This document shows positions 18,606 to 31,175 of a DNA stretch of 64,000 nucleotides, one piece after another; the first letter of the stretch is position 1; every line of letters starts with the position of its first letter. This stretch comes from Macrostomum lignano. Taxonomy: Eukaryota. Position numbers and translations under genes: made by a program. Below the pieces are notes generated by a model. It worked only from the letters and a program-made list of their open reading frames with translations, did not search any database and had not been told where the DNA came from. The stretch covers positions 62,001-126,000 of the forward strand of contig NIVC01000342.1 in the NCBI GenBank assembly GCA_002269645.1, given 5' to 3'.

Positions 18606-19438
18606 NNNNNNNNNNNNNNNNNNNNNNNNNNNNNNNNNNNNNNNNNNNNNNNNNNNNNNNNNNNNNNNNNNNNNNNNNNNNNNNNNNNNNNNNNNNNNNN
18701 NNNNNNNNNNNNNNNNNNNNNNNNNNNNNNNNNNNNNNNNNNNNNNNNNNNNNNNNNNNNNNNNNNNNNNNNNNNNNNNNNNNNNNNNNNNNNNNNNNNN
18801 NNNNNNNNNNNNNNNNNNNNNNNNNNNNNNNNNNNNNNNNNNNNNNNNNNNNNNNNNNNNNNNNNNNNNNNNNNNNNNNNNNNNNNNNNNNNNNNNNNNN
18901 NNNNNNNNNNNNNNNNNNNNNNNNNNNNNNNNNNNNNNNNNNNNNNNNNNNNNNNNNNNNNNNNNNNNNNNNNNNNNNNNNNNNNNNNNNNNNNNNNNNN
19001 NNNNNNNNNNNNNNNNNNNNNNNNNNNNNNNNNNNNNNNNNNNNNNNNNNNNNNNNNNNNNNNNNNNNNNNNNNNNNNNNNNNNNNNNNNNNNNNNNNNN
19101 NNNNNNNNNNNNNNNNNNNNNNNNNNNNNNNNNNNNNNNNNNNNNNNNNNNNNNNNNNNNNNNNNNNNNNNNNNNNNNNNNNNNNNNNNNNNNNNNNNNN
19201 NNNNNNNNNNNNNNNNNNNNNNNNNNNNNNNNNNNNNNNNNNNNNNNNNNNNNNNNNNNNNNNNNNNNNNNNNNNNNNNNNNNNNNNNNNNNNNNNNNNN
19301 NNNNNNNNNNNNNNNNNNNNNNNNNNNNNNNNNNNNNNNNNNNNNNNNNNNNNNNNNNNNNNNNNNNNNNNNNNNNNNNNNNNNNNNNNNNNNNNNNNNN
19401 NNNNNNNNNNNNNNNNNNNNNNNNNNNNNNNNNNNNNN
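18606..19438. other. Assembly gap (N run)
   Basis: Run of N. Confidence 1.
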
Positions 19439-19575
19439 GTCTGACACAGTTGACTTCAGCGGCGTTGACGGCTTAAAAGCTGCGACCGCATCTGCTGCTG
19501 CTGCTGCGTTGGCTTCGCCCTCAACTTCGACAATGTTGTCGAGACTGTGCACGCTGTGTCTAACCAGCAGATTGT

Positions 19576-22500
19576 TCAGTGTGCGATTTTCTTCATCCGG
19601 CCCTGGTAGACGTCTCTGTGCTCTTCACTATAGCGGCCGAATATCACAACTAAAGCTCCGAATACGGCGAAAGCGGTAAGGCTGAGCAGGAACGAGCTGA
19701 GCTTCACGTACAGCGGGTAGCCGGTGTAGCGCGAATGGGTCCAGATGTCCTTAGACAGAAGGGTCTCGCCGTCTGGCGCAAAAGTTTGATTTCTGTACTC
19801 ATAGTTAAGCGTGTGATTGTCGCTGCTGCAATCTACTAGTGCGAGTTCGGTCTCGTTGTGCACGGTGTAGATGGAGCCGTAAGGTCCGACGTATTGGCCG
19901 TATTCGCAGGGCGAGTAGATCATCTGATAAACGGGTTGAGTATTGGTATGATTAGCAGAGTAAAGAAGAGCATGCTTGCAAAAATTAAAAATAGCTTGCT
20001 GGCAAAAGCTTTGGGGCTTGTCAAGCTTGGTGTTTGTGAAGTTTAGGGCTTGTCAAGCTTGGTGTTTGTGAAGTATAGGGCTTGTCAAGCTTGGTTTTTG
20101 TGAAGTTTAGGGCTTGTCAAGCTTGGTGTTTGTGAAGTATAGGGCTTGTCAAGCTTGGTGTTTGTGAAGTATAGGGCTTGTCAAGCTTGGTGTTTGTGAA
20201 GTTTAGGGCTTGTCAAGCTTGGTGTTTGTGAAGTTTAGGGCTTGTCAAGCTTGGTGTTTGTGAAGTTAGGGCTTGTCAAGCTTGGTTTTTGTGAAGTTTA
20301 GGGCTTGTCAAGCTTGGTGTTTGTGAAGTATAGGGCTTGTCAAGCTTGGTGTTTGTGAAGTATAGGGCTTGTCAAGCTTGGTGTTTGTGAAGTTTAGGGC
20401 TTGTCAAGCTTGGTGTTTGTGAAGTTTAGGGCTTGTCAAGCTTGGTGTTTGTGAAGTATAGGGCTTGTCAAGCTTGGTTTTTGTGAAGTTTAGGGCTTGT
20501 CAAGCTTGGTGTTTGTGAAGTATAGGGCTTGTCAAGCTTGGTGTTTGTGAAGTATAGGGCTTGTCAAGCTTGGTGTTTGTGAAGTTTAGGGCTTGTCAAG
20601 CTTGGTGTTTGTGAAGTATAGGGCTTGTCAAGCTTGGTGTTTGTGAAGTATAGGGCTTGTCAAGCTTGGTGTTTGTGAAGTTTAGGGCTTGTCAAGCTTG
20701 GTGTTTGTGAAGTTTAGGGCTTGTCAAGCTTGGTGTTTGTGAAGTATAGGGCTTGTCAAGCTTGGTGTTTGTGAAGTTTAGGGCTTGTCAAGCTTGGTGT
20801 TTGTGAAGTATAGGGCTTGTCAAGCTTGGTGTTTGTGAAGTTTAGGGCTTGTCAAGCTTGGTGTTTGTGAAGTTTAGGGCTTGTCAAGCTTGGTGTTTGT
20901 GAAGTTTAGGGCTTGTCAAGCTTGGTGTTTGTGAAGTTTAGGGCTTGTCAAGCTTGGTGTTTGTGAAGTTTAGGGCTTGTCAAGCTTGGTGTTTGTGAAG
21001 TTTAGGGCTTGTCAAGCTTGGTGTTTGTGAAGTTTAGGGCTTGTCAAGCTTGGTGTTTGTGAAGTATAGGGCTTGTCAAGCTTGGTGTTTGTGAAGTTTA
21101 GGGCTTGTCAAGCTTGGTGTTTGTGAAGTATAGGGCTTGTCAAGCTTGGTGTTTGTGAAGTTTAGGGCTTGTCAAGCTTGGTGTTTGTGAAGTTTAGGGC
21201 TTGTCAAGCTTGGTGTTTGTGAAGTATAGGGCTTGTCAAGCTTGGTTTTTGTGAAGTTTAGGGCTTGTCAAGCTTGGTGTTTGTGAAGTATAGGGCTTGT
21301 CAAGCTTGGTGTTTGTGAAGTATAGGGCTTGTCAAGCTTGGTGTTTGTGAAGTTTAGGGCTTGTCAAGCTTGGTGTTTGTGAAGTATAGGGCTTGTCAAG
21401 CTTGGTGTTTGTGAAGTATAGGGCTTGTCAAGCTTGGTGTTTGTGAAGTTTAGGGCTTGTCAAGCTTGGTGTTTGTGAAGTTTAGGGCTTGTCAAGCTTG
21501 GTGTTTGTGAAGTATAGGGCTTGTCAAGCTTGGTGTTTGTGAAGTTTAGGGCTTGTCAAGCTTGGTGTTTGTGAAGTTTAGGGCTTGTCAAGCTTGGTGT
21601 TTGTGAAGTATAGGGCTTGTCAAGCTTGGTGTTTGTGAAGTTTAGGGCTTGTCAAGCTTGGTGTTTGTGAAGTTTAGGGCTTGTCAAGCTTGGTGTTTGT
21701 GAAGTTTAGGGCTTGTCAAGCTTGGTGTTTGTGAAGTTTAGGGCTTGTCAAGCTTGGTGTTTGTGAAGTTTAGGGCTTGTCAAGCTTGGTGTTTGTGAAG
21801 TATAGGGCTTGTCAAGCTTGGTGTTTGTGAAGTTTAGGGCTTGTCAAGCTTGGTGTTTGTGAAGTTTAGGGCTTGTCAAGCTTGGTGTTTGTGAAGTATA
21901 GGGCTTGTCAAGCTTGGTTTTGTGAAGTTTAGGGCTTGTCAAGCTTGGTGTTTGTGAAGTATAGGGCTTGTCAAGCTTGGTGTTTGTGAAGTATAGGGCT
22001 TGTCAAGCTTGGTGTTTGTGAAGTTTAGGGCTTGTCAAGCTTGGTGTTTGTGAAGTATAGGGCTTGTCAAGCTTGGTGTTTGTGAAGTATAGGGCTTGTC
22101 AAGCTTGGTGTTTGTGAAGTTTAGGGCTTGTCAAGCTTGGTGTTTGTGAAGTTTAGGGCTTGTCAAGCTTGGTGTTTGTGAAGTATAGGGCTTGTCAAGC
22201 TTGGTGTTTGTGAAGTTTAGGGCTTGTCAAGCTTGGTGTTTGTGAAGTTTAGGGCTTGTCAAGCTTGGTGTTTGTGAAGTTTAGGGCTTGTCAAGCTTGG
22301 TGTTTGTGAAGTTTAGGGCTTGTCAAGCTTGGTGTTTGTGAAGTTTAGGGCTTGTCAAGCTTGGTGTTTGTGAAGTTTAGGGCTTGTCAAGCTTGGTGTT
22401 TGTGAAGTTTAGGGCTTGTCAAGCTTGGTGTTTGTGAAGTTTAGGGCTTGTCAAGCTTGGTGTTTGTGAAGTTTAGGGCTTGTCAAGCTTGGTGTTTGTG

Positions 22501-25236
22501 AAGTTAGGGCTTGTCAAGCTTGGTGTTTGTGAAGTTTAGGGCTTGTCAAGCTTGGTGTTTGTGAAGTATAGGGCTTGTCAAGCTTGGTGTTTGTGAAGTT
22601 TAGGGCTTGTCAAGCTTGGTGTTTGTGAAGTTTAGGGCTTGTCAAGCTTGGTGTTTGTGAAGTATAGGGCTTGTCAAGCTTGGTGTTTGTGAAGTTTAGG
22701 GCTTGTCAAGCTTGGTGTTTGTGAAGTATAGGGCTTGTCAAGCTTGGTGTTTGTGAAGTATAGGGCTTGTCAAGCTTGGTGTTTGTGAAGTTTAGGGCTT
22801 GTCAAGCTTGGTGTTTGTGAAGTTTAGGGCTTGTCAAGCTTGGTGTTTGTGAAGTATAGGGCTTGTCAAGCTTGGTGTTTGTGAAGTTTAGGGCTTGTCA
22901 AGCTTGGTGTTTGTGAAGTTTAGGGCTTGTCAAGCTTGGTGTTTGTGAAGTTTAGGGCTTGTCAAGCTTGGTGTTTGTGAAGTATAGGGCTTGTCAAGCT
23001 TGGTGTTTGTGAAGTTTAGGGCTTGTCAAGCTTGGTGTTTGTGAAGTATAGGGCTTGTCAAGCTTGGTGTTTGTGAAGTTTAGGGCTTGTCAAGCTTGGT
23101 GTTTGTGAAGTATAGGGCTTGTCAAGCTTGGTGTTTGTGAAGTTTAGGGCTTGTCAAGCTTGGTGTTTGTGAAGTATAGGGCTTGTCAAGCTTGTGCATG
23201 TAGAAAGTGGAGATTTCAGCTACGCATTTCCAACCCCTTAATCTAATTCTTCTTCTAAACCCCAAAACCTGACTAACCTGATTCTTCCACATGTTCAAAT
23301 CCAGACACATAACTACGAACAGTACTCCATAGTTGAACCATTTCCCGGTGATGTGCACCGTCCAAACGTCGTCGTCGACAATCCGTTTAAACCAGTCCGG
23401 TATGCGGATATCGAACGCGTAGATAGCTTTGGCTACGCCGGGCAGCCGAACGTCAAGGCTGTTAGTGAAGTTAGGAAAGTCCCAATCCTGCATGACAATC
23501 AGCAGGTCAAGGCTCAGAATTGATGCAGCTAAGAAAGCCCGCGACAGTTCGTTTGACGGAGCAAAGCCCCTGTTGAGGTAGTCCCAGCGGATGATGTCGG
23601 TGCAGATCACTGTGATAACGGTGGTGCACAAGCTGATTAGCAGCAGCCAGAACATGACGATCCGAGTGTAGCCAGAGCGCCACCACTGCCGGATGAAGCG
23701 GTTCCAGCTTGGATAAAGACGCTCCTGTAGCATCATGTCGCTCACCATCCAGGCGGTCATGAAGTCGCCAAGCCAGGTGCCTGTGGCTGCCATCTTCATG
23801 AACGTGGAGTTCTTGATGCCCATCTGCATACTGATGAGATAGGGGATGTTGGACGTGCCGCCGAGGGTCAGCAGGAAAGCGTTGTAAATGTTGGAGAAAA
23901 TGTACACGGATATGATGGTTGAGAACCACATTGTCATCCAGGAGCCTTCGTCGTTAGCAAACATTTTCAGCCGAAACCAACGGTCTGAAAGTTGTAGGTT
24001 TGTACAATTCTTGTTTAATACATCTTGGATATTTTTAGCCACCCAGCGAATTTGCCGATGATTCTGCCACTTCACCTAAACAATTTAAACAAATAAGCAA
24101 AGAGTTTGACTTAAGACAGTCTCACTGAACACAAATACGTGACACAGTTTTCCAGCGATGATGCCAACCAGGATTCCCAGCAGCCACATGATCACTTTGA
24201 GCAGACTCCATGCGTTGGGCGGATACCGGCTGAAAACGAATGCGAACACGTTGCCTAACACGGGGATGCTGCACACCTGCGACGAGTCGGCTATGGGATC
24301 CTCGGCGTAGATTAGGAAGTTAAGAAAAACGACTAGTAAAGTGCAGATCATGCGCAGGTAGGGATGCTGAAAGTAGAACCTAGCATCGTGCACCATGTAC
24401 AGCGAGTACTGGCTAAGCCGATCAATGTCTACGGGGTCAATGGTCGAGCTGAACGAGCCAGGCCGGTTCAGACAGGACGGCGTGTGCAAGTGCCGAGCCG
24501 ATGGCGAGCCCTGGGACCCATCGGCGCCGGTCGTCACCGGTGCCTGCGACCTGGATGATGACACAACCGAAGAAGAGTCATCGTTTTCAAAGATGTCCTT
24601 GTTATCGTTGGCGTTGTCGTCCTTGGTAGCCGACGTTGTTGATGGCTCAGCCACCTCCGTCTGTGTCTGTGACTCCGGTCCCGGCGCCGCGCTGTCCTTA
24701 ATGCCTTCAACGGAGTCGTCACCGACGGATGTCAATCTTCCACTGGCCTCGGCATCGTCGGCTGTTGCGGCGGCAGAAGCTGCCATTGCAGCAGCCGCAG
24801 CAGCCGCCTGAGCAGTCGATGGTACCGACATTTGGCGCCTGTGCCGCGCCGGAGGCCCACGCCGCCCGAGTTCGAAGACGACTCCACTTTCACCAGTGCC
24901 ACCGCCGCTGCTGCCATTGCCACCGTCAGCGATGTCAGACAGCTGGCGCATCAACGAACGCCGTCTGTACGATGTGGACTGATGTTCTTGGTGCTGCGCC
25001 AGTGCCTGTTGTTGCCTAGGCAACCTCTGCCCCGGCGTTGGGCTGCAAACTGCCGAGTTGGGCGCGGTTGGCCCAGTCCGCTTCTCACGCACCTTTAGCC
25101 GGCCGGCGTCGCGCCATTTGATTGACATCCGCCTAACCAACTCACGGTCGCTCAAGCTGGTTGCTAGGTCGACCATCTCAGCTGGCGGCTGCGGCTGCGT
25201 TGGCTCCGCGGAAGCCGCATGCTGCTGAGCAGCCAT
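19576..25236 (-). CDS. TMEM117: Transmembrane protein 117-like
   Basis: Exons at 25236-24126, 23984-23278 and 19923-19576, with GT-AG boundaries and consistent phases. Hallmark segments: FYFQHPYLRMICTLLVVFLNFLIYAEDP, RLKMFANDEGSWMTMWFST, DLLIVMQDWDFP, ITGKWFNYG, DLNMWKNQ-MIYSPCEYGQYVGP. Long low-complexity N-terminal extension. The C-terminus may extend further if there is an indel at ~19590 (see findings). Confidence 0.92.
20011..23193. repeat. 32-bp minisatellite (GGGCTTGTCAAGCTTGGTGTTTGTGAAGTWTA)n filling TMEM117 intron 2
   Basis: Directly visible, highly homogeneous, about 100 units. Confidence 0.98.
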
Positions 25237-27057
25237 GAAACGGGCTGGCGTGACTGACTGAGATTGAAGAGAGTTGAGTTTGCTACTGCTGTCTATATGT
25301 CACAATTGATTCGCGCTGTGTGCTGTCCAAAAAGACGGCGCCCCGCTTTAGGCGGCCACTTTTCTATCACGGCGCCTGGAATGTTGAACGGGTTGCAGAC
25401 TCAGCAATGGGAGAAAATAGCATGGATTAAATGCGCTATTAGGGACGGAAGCCCTCAGACTAACGGACTGGCTGGCCCCCGATTCCAATAGCTCGTATTA
25501 GAAGCAAGCGTGATGCGGGCCAGTTCTAGGGACAGAAAAATAGGAAAGCAATGGTGTGTTCTATTAACTAATAGGGTGACGCGCAGATATGAAACTGCGC
25601 AGCAGTCGCGCAATCGAGTCGCTCACGAATGGACTGAGTCTGAGAGAAAGACAAGGGGAGATGTGGAGCGCATTTCATTTCCTAACGTCAATTCAGAGCA
25701 CCACTTAATAATTCTATACTGGCTTCCAGCTTCCTTTCCTAGATCCCTCCGTACGCCCGTCTATTCAATACCCGGGCAATGCTATCTGGCACATACTGAT
25801 GGCAAGGCGAGAAAACTGAGGTGAGCTGAGCTGAATGGGCAGAGAGAGAGAGAGTATCAGCATATAGCTTATCGGAGACTTCCATGCCATCGAAAACTGC
25901 CCACTCCTCATAGAATAGAAATCCGTCAGCGTCATACGTCACGCAAGTAGCTCGGCTCCGAGTCTGCATCTGACAGGCAATGCGTCTATAAAGGTGCGAA
26001 TGGAAAATTTGAGAATAGATGCGTGGGAAGACACGGGGAGAGGCGGCGCGGGAAGTATCTACCGTCTGAATCGGTCCATCGGGTTGGCTCATTTTTTTAA
26101 TGTAAACTTTGCATAGACTTGAATGAACTCAACTAAACAGGCTACCCTAATTCCCTAACTCAGACTCCATTCTTTCTCGCTGCTAATACCTCCCCTCATT
26201 AGATAGATATAGATATACATTGCAGACAGCGAGCTACATCTACGAATCTGATAGGGATTTTTTTTCGCCCAGAGAAGTAGGAAAAAGCCGAGCGCTTCTA
26301 TTCCAGTTGAGGGTAGGGAGAGAGAGAGAGAGAGAGACTGTCGAAGGCAAGACCAGCTATTGACGCGTCCGGAGTGCTGAGGCGGCGAGTAGAGATAGAT
26401 AAGAAATAAGTGCACATAGGAAAGCAGGGAGACGAGAAACCAATTGGAGGGTGAACAGTAAGAAAATCACTCAAAAAAGAGCATAGATACTGCGGGGGCG
26501 GTTCGGAGGCAGAACCGGAGACCGAGAAAAAGAGTATAGGCAGCTCTGCTGGCCAACAGGGTGACGGGATTACTGTACAAAAAGTCCTCCCAAATCGCCC
26601 CGCCCCCCGTCTGGGTTGGCAACCAGTGCTGCTACATCTGGCTGATAGTTATGCTTTCGGCAACAATTTCTTATGAAGCACGATGCCCGTAGCTCAAAAG
26701 GGCTCAGCTGCCTTTAACCGACGCATAAGTGGTATTTGGCATAAGATAAGAAGCGCAAATTCTGTGCATTATACGAGTAAATAGACTCGGCAAATTTTTA
26801 TTGCGCAGATCAATCGTATGCAGTTCAGACAAAATCCTCCGATTATATTTAACCATCCGCTAAATTAAAACAAAGTAAAAAAAGTTAAAGAACGTCGTAC
26901 TCGATACAATGTGCGAAAAATTCGTAACAATAAATAATTCAGTAAACCTGTTAGATGTCTCCCTAAGGAACTTTATTTTTACACTGTTTTTAGACAGGTA
27001 ACTGAGTCCATGTTTGGTGCAGAGCTCTGGGCTCGATTGATTCTAAAATGGGATTAG

Positions 27058-27490
27058 CTGATGCAGCACTAAGGACATCCAATGCAGTACTACAGGGCAA
27101 TCTGATGCAGCACTAAGGACATCCAATGCAGTACTACAGGGCAATCTGATGCAGCACTAAGGACATCCAATGCAGTACTACAGGGCAATCTGATGCAGCA
27201 CTAAGGACATCCAATGCAGTACTACAGGGCAATCTGATGCAGCACTAAGGACATCCAATGCAGTACTACAGGGCAATCTGATGCAGCACTAAGGACATCC
27301 AATGCAGTACTACAGGGCAATCTGATGCAGCACTAAGGACATCCAATGCAGTACTACAGGGCAATCTGATGCAGCACTAAGGACATCCAATGCAGTACTA
27401 CAGGGCAATCTGATGCAGCACTAAGGACATCCAATTCAGTACTACAACTCCATCTGATGCAGCACTACAGGGCCATCTGATGCAGCACTA
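27058..27490. repeat. 44-bp dimeric minisatellite (CTGATGCAGCACTAAGGACAT + CCAATGCAGTACTACAGGGCAAT)
   Basis: 44-bp period (27061 to 27105); ~23-bp monomer units at the right end. Confidence 0.95.
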
Positions 27491-28439
27491 CAGGGCCATC
27501 TGATGCAGCACAAACGCCAACTCTTGCAGTGTGTGCGCTTGGACAAGAAATTGTGCATGGACATGACAGTACGAGCGTACGCAGTACGCAGTTTACAGTA
27601 CGCGAAAATCCAAGACGCTCCTATGATCAAATCTAAACTGCAACTGCAGCCACCACTCAAACCGACATAGATTAAAGCTGCAGGCGTTTAAAATATTTAC
27701 ATACAACCCGTGGAGGGTCTAAGAGGGCAGAGAGGCCAGAAAGAGAGGCGTTCGACAGGTTGAGTAGCTATCTAGAAAAAAACGAATATCTACGGAATGG
27801 ATTGATCACGCTAGGGAGATCCCGGGAGACTAAGATTCGAACGATACTCGTACCAGAAAATAACGGCGACGGCACGCTTCCTGCGTCAACGCTCGGAACT
27901 GAAACCGAACAAAAAACAGGCAATTAAAACAGCCCCTAGTTATCTAGCCAGGCCTAGCTATCTAGCCAGGAATCTAGCCAGGAATAAGCAGGCAAGACAG
28001 CAGTAGCCCATTCCAAATAATCCGCTCCGCCTTCGCTCTCTCTCTCCTCCCTCCCTCCTGCCATCCAGCTAACACCAGCGTGCGGTCAGCAATAAATCTT
28101 ACTATAAAAGTGTGCCAGCAATTCCTAGCTCTGGCCTCCCTTATAAATTCAACTTACACAGTCTGGTGGGAGAAACCAAAAAACTAGACAGGAGGGAGAG
28201 AGCGAGTGCAGAAGAAAATTTGATGGGAACCCCCCAGAGAGCGAGAAAGAAGGGAAAGCAAAGTTGGACGCTGCGATTTGAGGGAGCGTTAATTCTCTCG
28301 CTTTTTACAAAAGTCCCCTAAAATACACTTATAATAGTCGAGCCGCGTACTTTAATAATGCGTGTGTAAAATTCGTCACAAATTTTAGAGCATCAGACAA
28401 ATTTAGACTTTATAGACAAATAAATATTGGCAGGGCTGT

Positions 28440-28565
28440 GGGCACCCTGGCGACATGCCTTAGGCAACATCGTCTTACAACCAGCGCCAACGGAAATTCT
28501 GCCTGTTCTATGCAGGCACGCACTCATACACACGCTCACACAGGGTGTACAGCCGCCCTGACATG
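28440..28565 (-). mobile_element. Partial copy of the dispersed SINE family
   Basis: Shares GCACCCTGGCG, ACAACCAGCGC and CACGCTCACACAGGGTGTACA with the copies at 31340-31702 and 59550-59925. Confidence 0.55.
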
Positions 28566-31175
28566 AATCTTCAGGCAAATGTACAGGAATCGGCTCTCAT
28601 GGATGTGAATAGCAGCACATTTGTCATGGTCAATTTTTGGTGCACAAGCCCCAGATGAATGTGGCCACACACGCAATCAAAGTAGGGGTTGTGGCGCAAG
28701 AGTCAGTTGCATTGAGTTACTGTGCTTCACTAAGCCTCTCTTTACAGATATTGAGCGGGCCAGTGAGACAAAATAAAAAAAAACAGAAAGATAAAAACAC
28801 AAAAATCTTTCCAAAATTAAGCCAATTGTTGAAACTACTGAGCAAGCAGAAATCCAGGGGAGCAAGTAAATTTCTTATCCCCTACTGCTATCTTTGTTTG
28901 CTCAATCTGTCCTTCTTGAACCCTGGAATTGCTGAATAACAACATTTCTAGAAAATGAAAATGAACTTACACAGGATGGTGATATGACATGATGTGGCGT
29001 TGCCTAAGAGGATAAAATATTATACAGGATAAGAATGTTAGGCAGCATAATAGATAGAAAACTAATTTGATATAAAGCTCATAGGCACTATGGATAAAAG
29101 ATTCCAAGTATAATAAATACTTAATTTATTTGTTAAAATTGCTTTATTACTCTATCTTAAACTATTCTATCTTGCTAAGTAAAACTTTTTATTTTGTTTT
29201 TAAACTAGTTTATAATTTAATATACCTTTAAAAATTATTGTCAATTTTATATATGCCAAAATAGAGTTTTAAATGCAATAAGCTAATAAGGAGCTTAGAT
29301 ATAGATACATAAGTGGCCTGTCTATGTAAATAGAAGTTAGCAAACTATAGCTATACCTATTTTTTAATGATTTTAAAGAAAAAATTCTATATTGTTTATA
29401 CTAGACAATATGAAAGTTAAATATTAGGCTATAAGTTCTGTCTTAAATAAAACAATTCCAGATATTTAACATTTGAAAGTGTAAAAAATTTATAAGTTAT
29501 CTAATATATATCCCAGATATTAGCAATGTCTTATTTTAAAATTAAGCTTATATTAAGAAAACTAAATGTTATATTTATAGAATGTGAAAAAAATCTATTG
29601 AGGGTTTTGCATTTAATCATTATATATTCATAATATATATTGAATGTAGAATATTATATTGCTCTCTTTAGAGCATTAGTTTTTAACTTGTTACAAAAAT
29701 GGTCTATACAATAAATTAAATGCTAAGAGACATTCAGTCATAAATTGTATGAAGTAATTGAATCAATAAAAACTAATAATATTAATGTTTTGAGACCAAA
29801 GTATGAATGCGAAACTAGCAAGCAAACTTGTGTGTGCAGAAAAGATTACACAAAAAGCATACAAACAAAAAGAAAATATTTAAATAATAAAAAAGTATTA
29901 GCTTCACAAAAGAAATAATGCAGAAACAAGTAAAAAATCATGTAAATACGACGTACAGAAACGAAAACCACAAGCTCCTGCACCTTTACCAGGTAACATT
30001 GTCACTGATGGCATTTACTTAACTTGATCAGGTCTTGGTTGAGTGAGTGAGCTGATTTTCCTGGTAAAGCACGCTTTTTTTACTTTTCGAATTAGAAGTT
30101 AAATAAACATCACTTAAAAAGATGCTACTCTAAGTTTTACCTATTATTTTACTTGAATTTATTTGCTCTATTTTTAATACTCTTATTATATAGTAATGAT
30201 TACACTGAATTCGGTATTACCGCTTTTATTATAAACAGTGTTATGCAAACTTCCGGCACTTTAAGTATCGGAGGTTACTTTGGGGTCGATTTTTCGGTAA
30301 AAAGTGGGTCGACGTCTTATTTCAAAAATGTTTTAACAGAATTATTTGCCCTTTGCTGATTTCATGGCGGGTTAATACAGATATAATTAATATGTGATTA
30401 TGGAGGCAGTAAAATTGTCCTGAAAGCCTCTCATGCCAACTATCTTATCACATTACGTTAAGTTGTCGTTACATGTGGCTTTGAGTCGTAAAGTCGTGAT
30501 TTTGCTGTGAGCTCAGCAAGCCGCCTTCGAGATCGTCGGTTTCGTCCGACCAAGCTGCAATCTTCTTGCGCCGTCGGCGGCTTTAACTGGCAGGCCAAAT
30601 CATCAGCGCCGAGTCAACCGACACAAGGGCATGTTTCGTCTAGTTCCCTGTACCGCCCGTACAGTAATCCGACGTCGTCAGCTGAATGTAGGTGTAATGT
30701 AAAATACATATTTTTCCACGATTTCGATTAGACGTCGTGAAATTCGTCCGACGTCGCCAACGTCGGTTTGCTGTACGGGACGCCGGGCGTCTTGGATTCA
30801 GTCGTCATGCAGGCGTGTTCGCAACCAAGCTTTTGAGACGTCAGAAGGAAGTCCTGAGGCCATCCTTGCATGCATTGATGCACTGATTACATGTACAGAT
30901 GACACTATTGATCTCCATAATTAGAACAAACCGTCGTTTTATAGGTCAGCCTAACGTACCATATTGATGAAGTATTGAAATAATTGATGATATAAATAAG
31001 CTTTCTCGCCATACTTTCAAATGTACAAATGTAAGACAGGTGTCTAATTAGGCAAATCCGAATTTCCAAAAATGTTGGCCGCGCATGTGTGAACTTGCTG
31101 ACAAATTCCTTCAAAATTGAAAACTGCACTCGATGAATGTTTATCAAATAATTCAACAACTACTGTTGAATTGCC

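Noticed and set aside
18539-19552. 300+ aa ORFs
   Set aside because: They run through the N gap; only 19439-19575 may be coding.
20011-23193. CRISPR-like regular repeats (also 27058-27490 and 40355-40762)
   Set aside because: Units are directly adjacent with no unique spacers, no cas genes are present, and the context is eukaryotic.
23985-24125. ORF-track N-terminus MKWQNHRQ... of the 23122-24075 ORF and its repeat-derived C-terminus
   Set aside because: Intronic. The homology-consistent junction is 24126 to 23984, and exon 2 ends at 23278.
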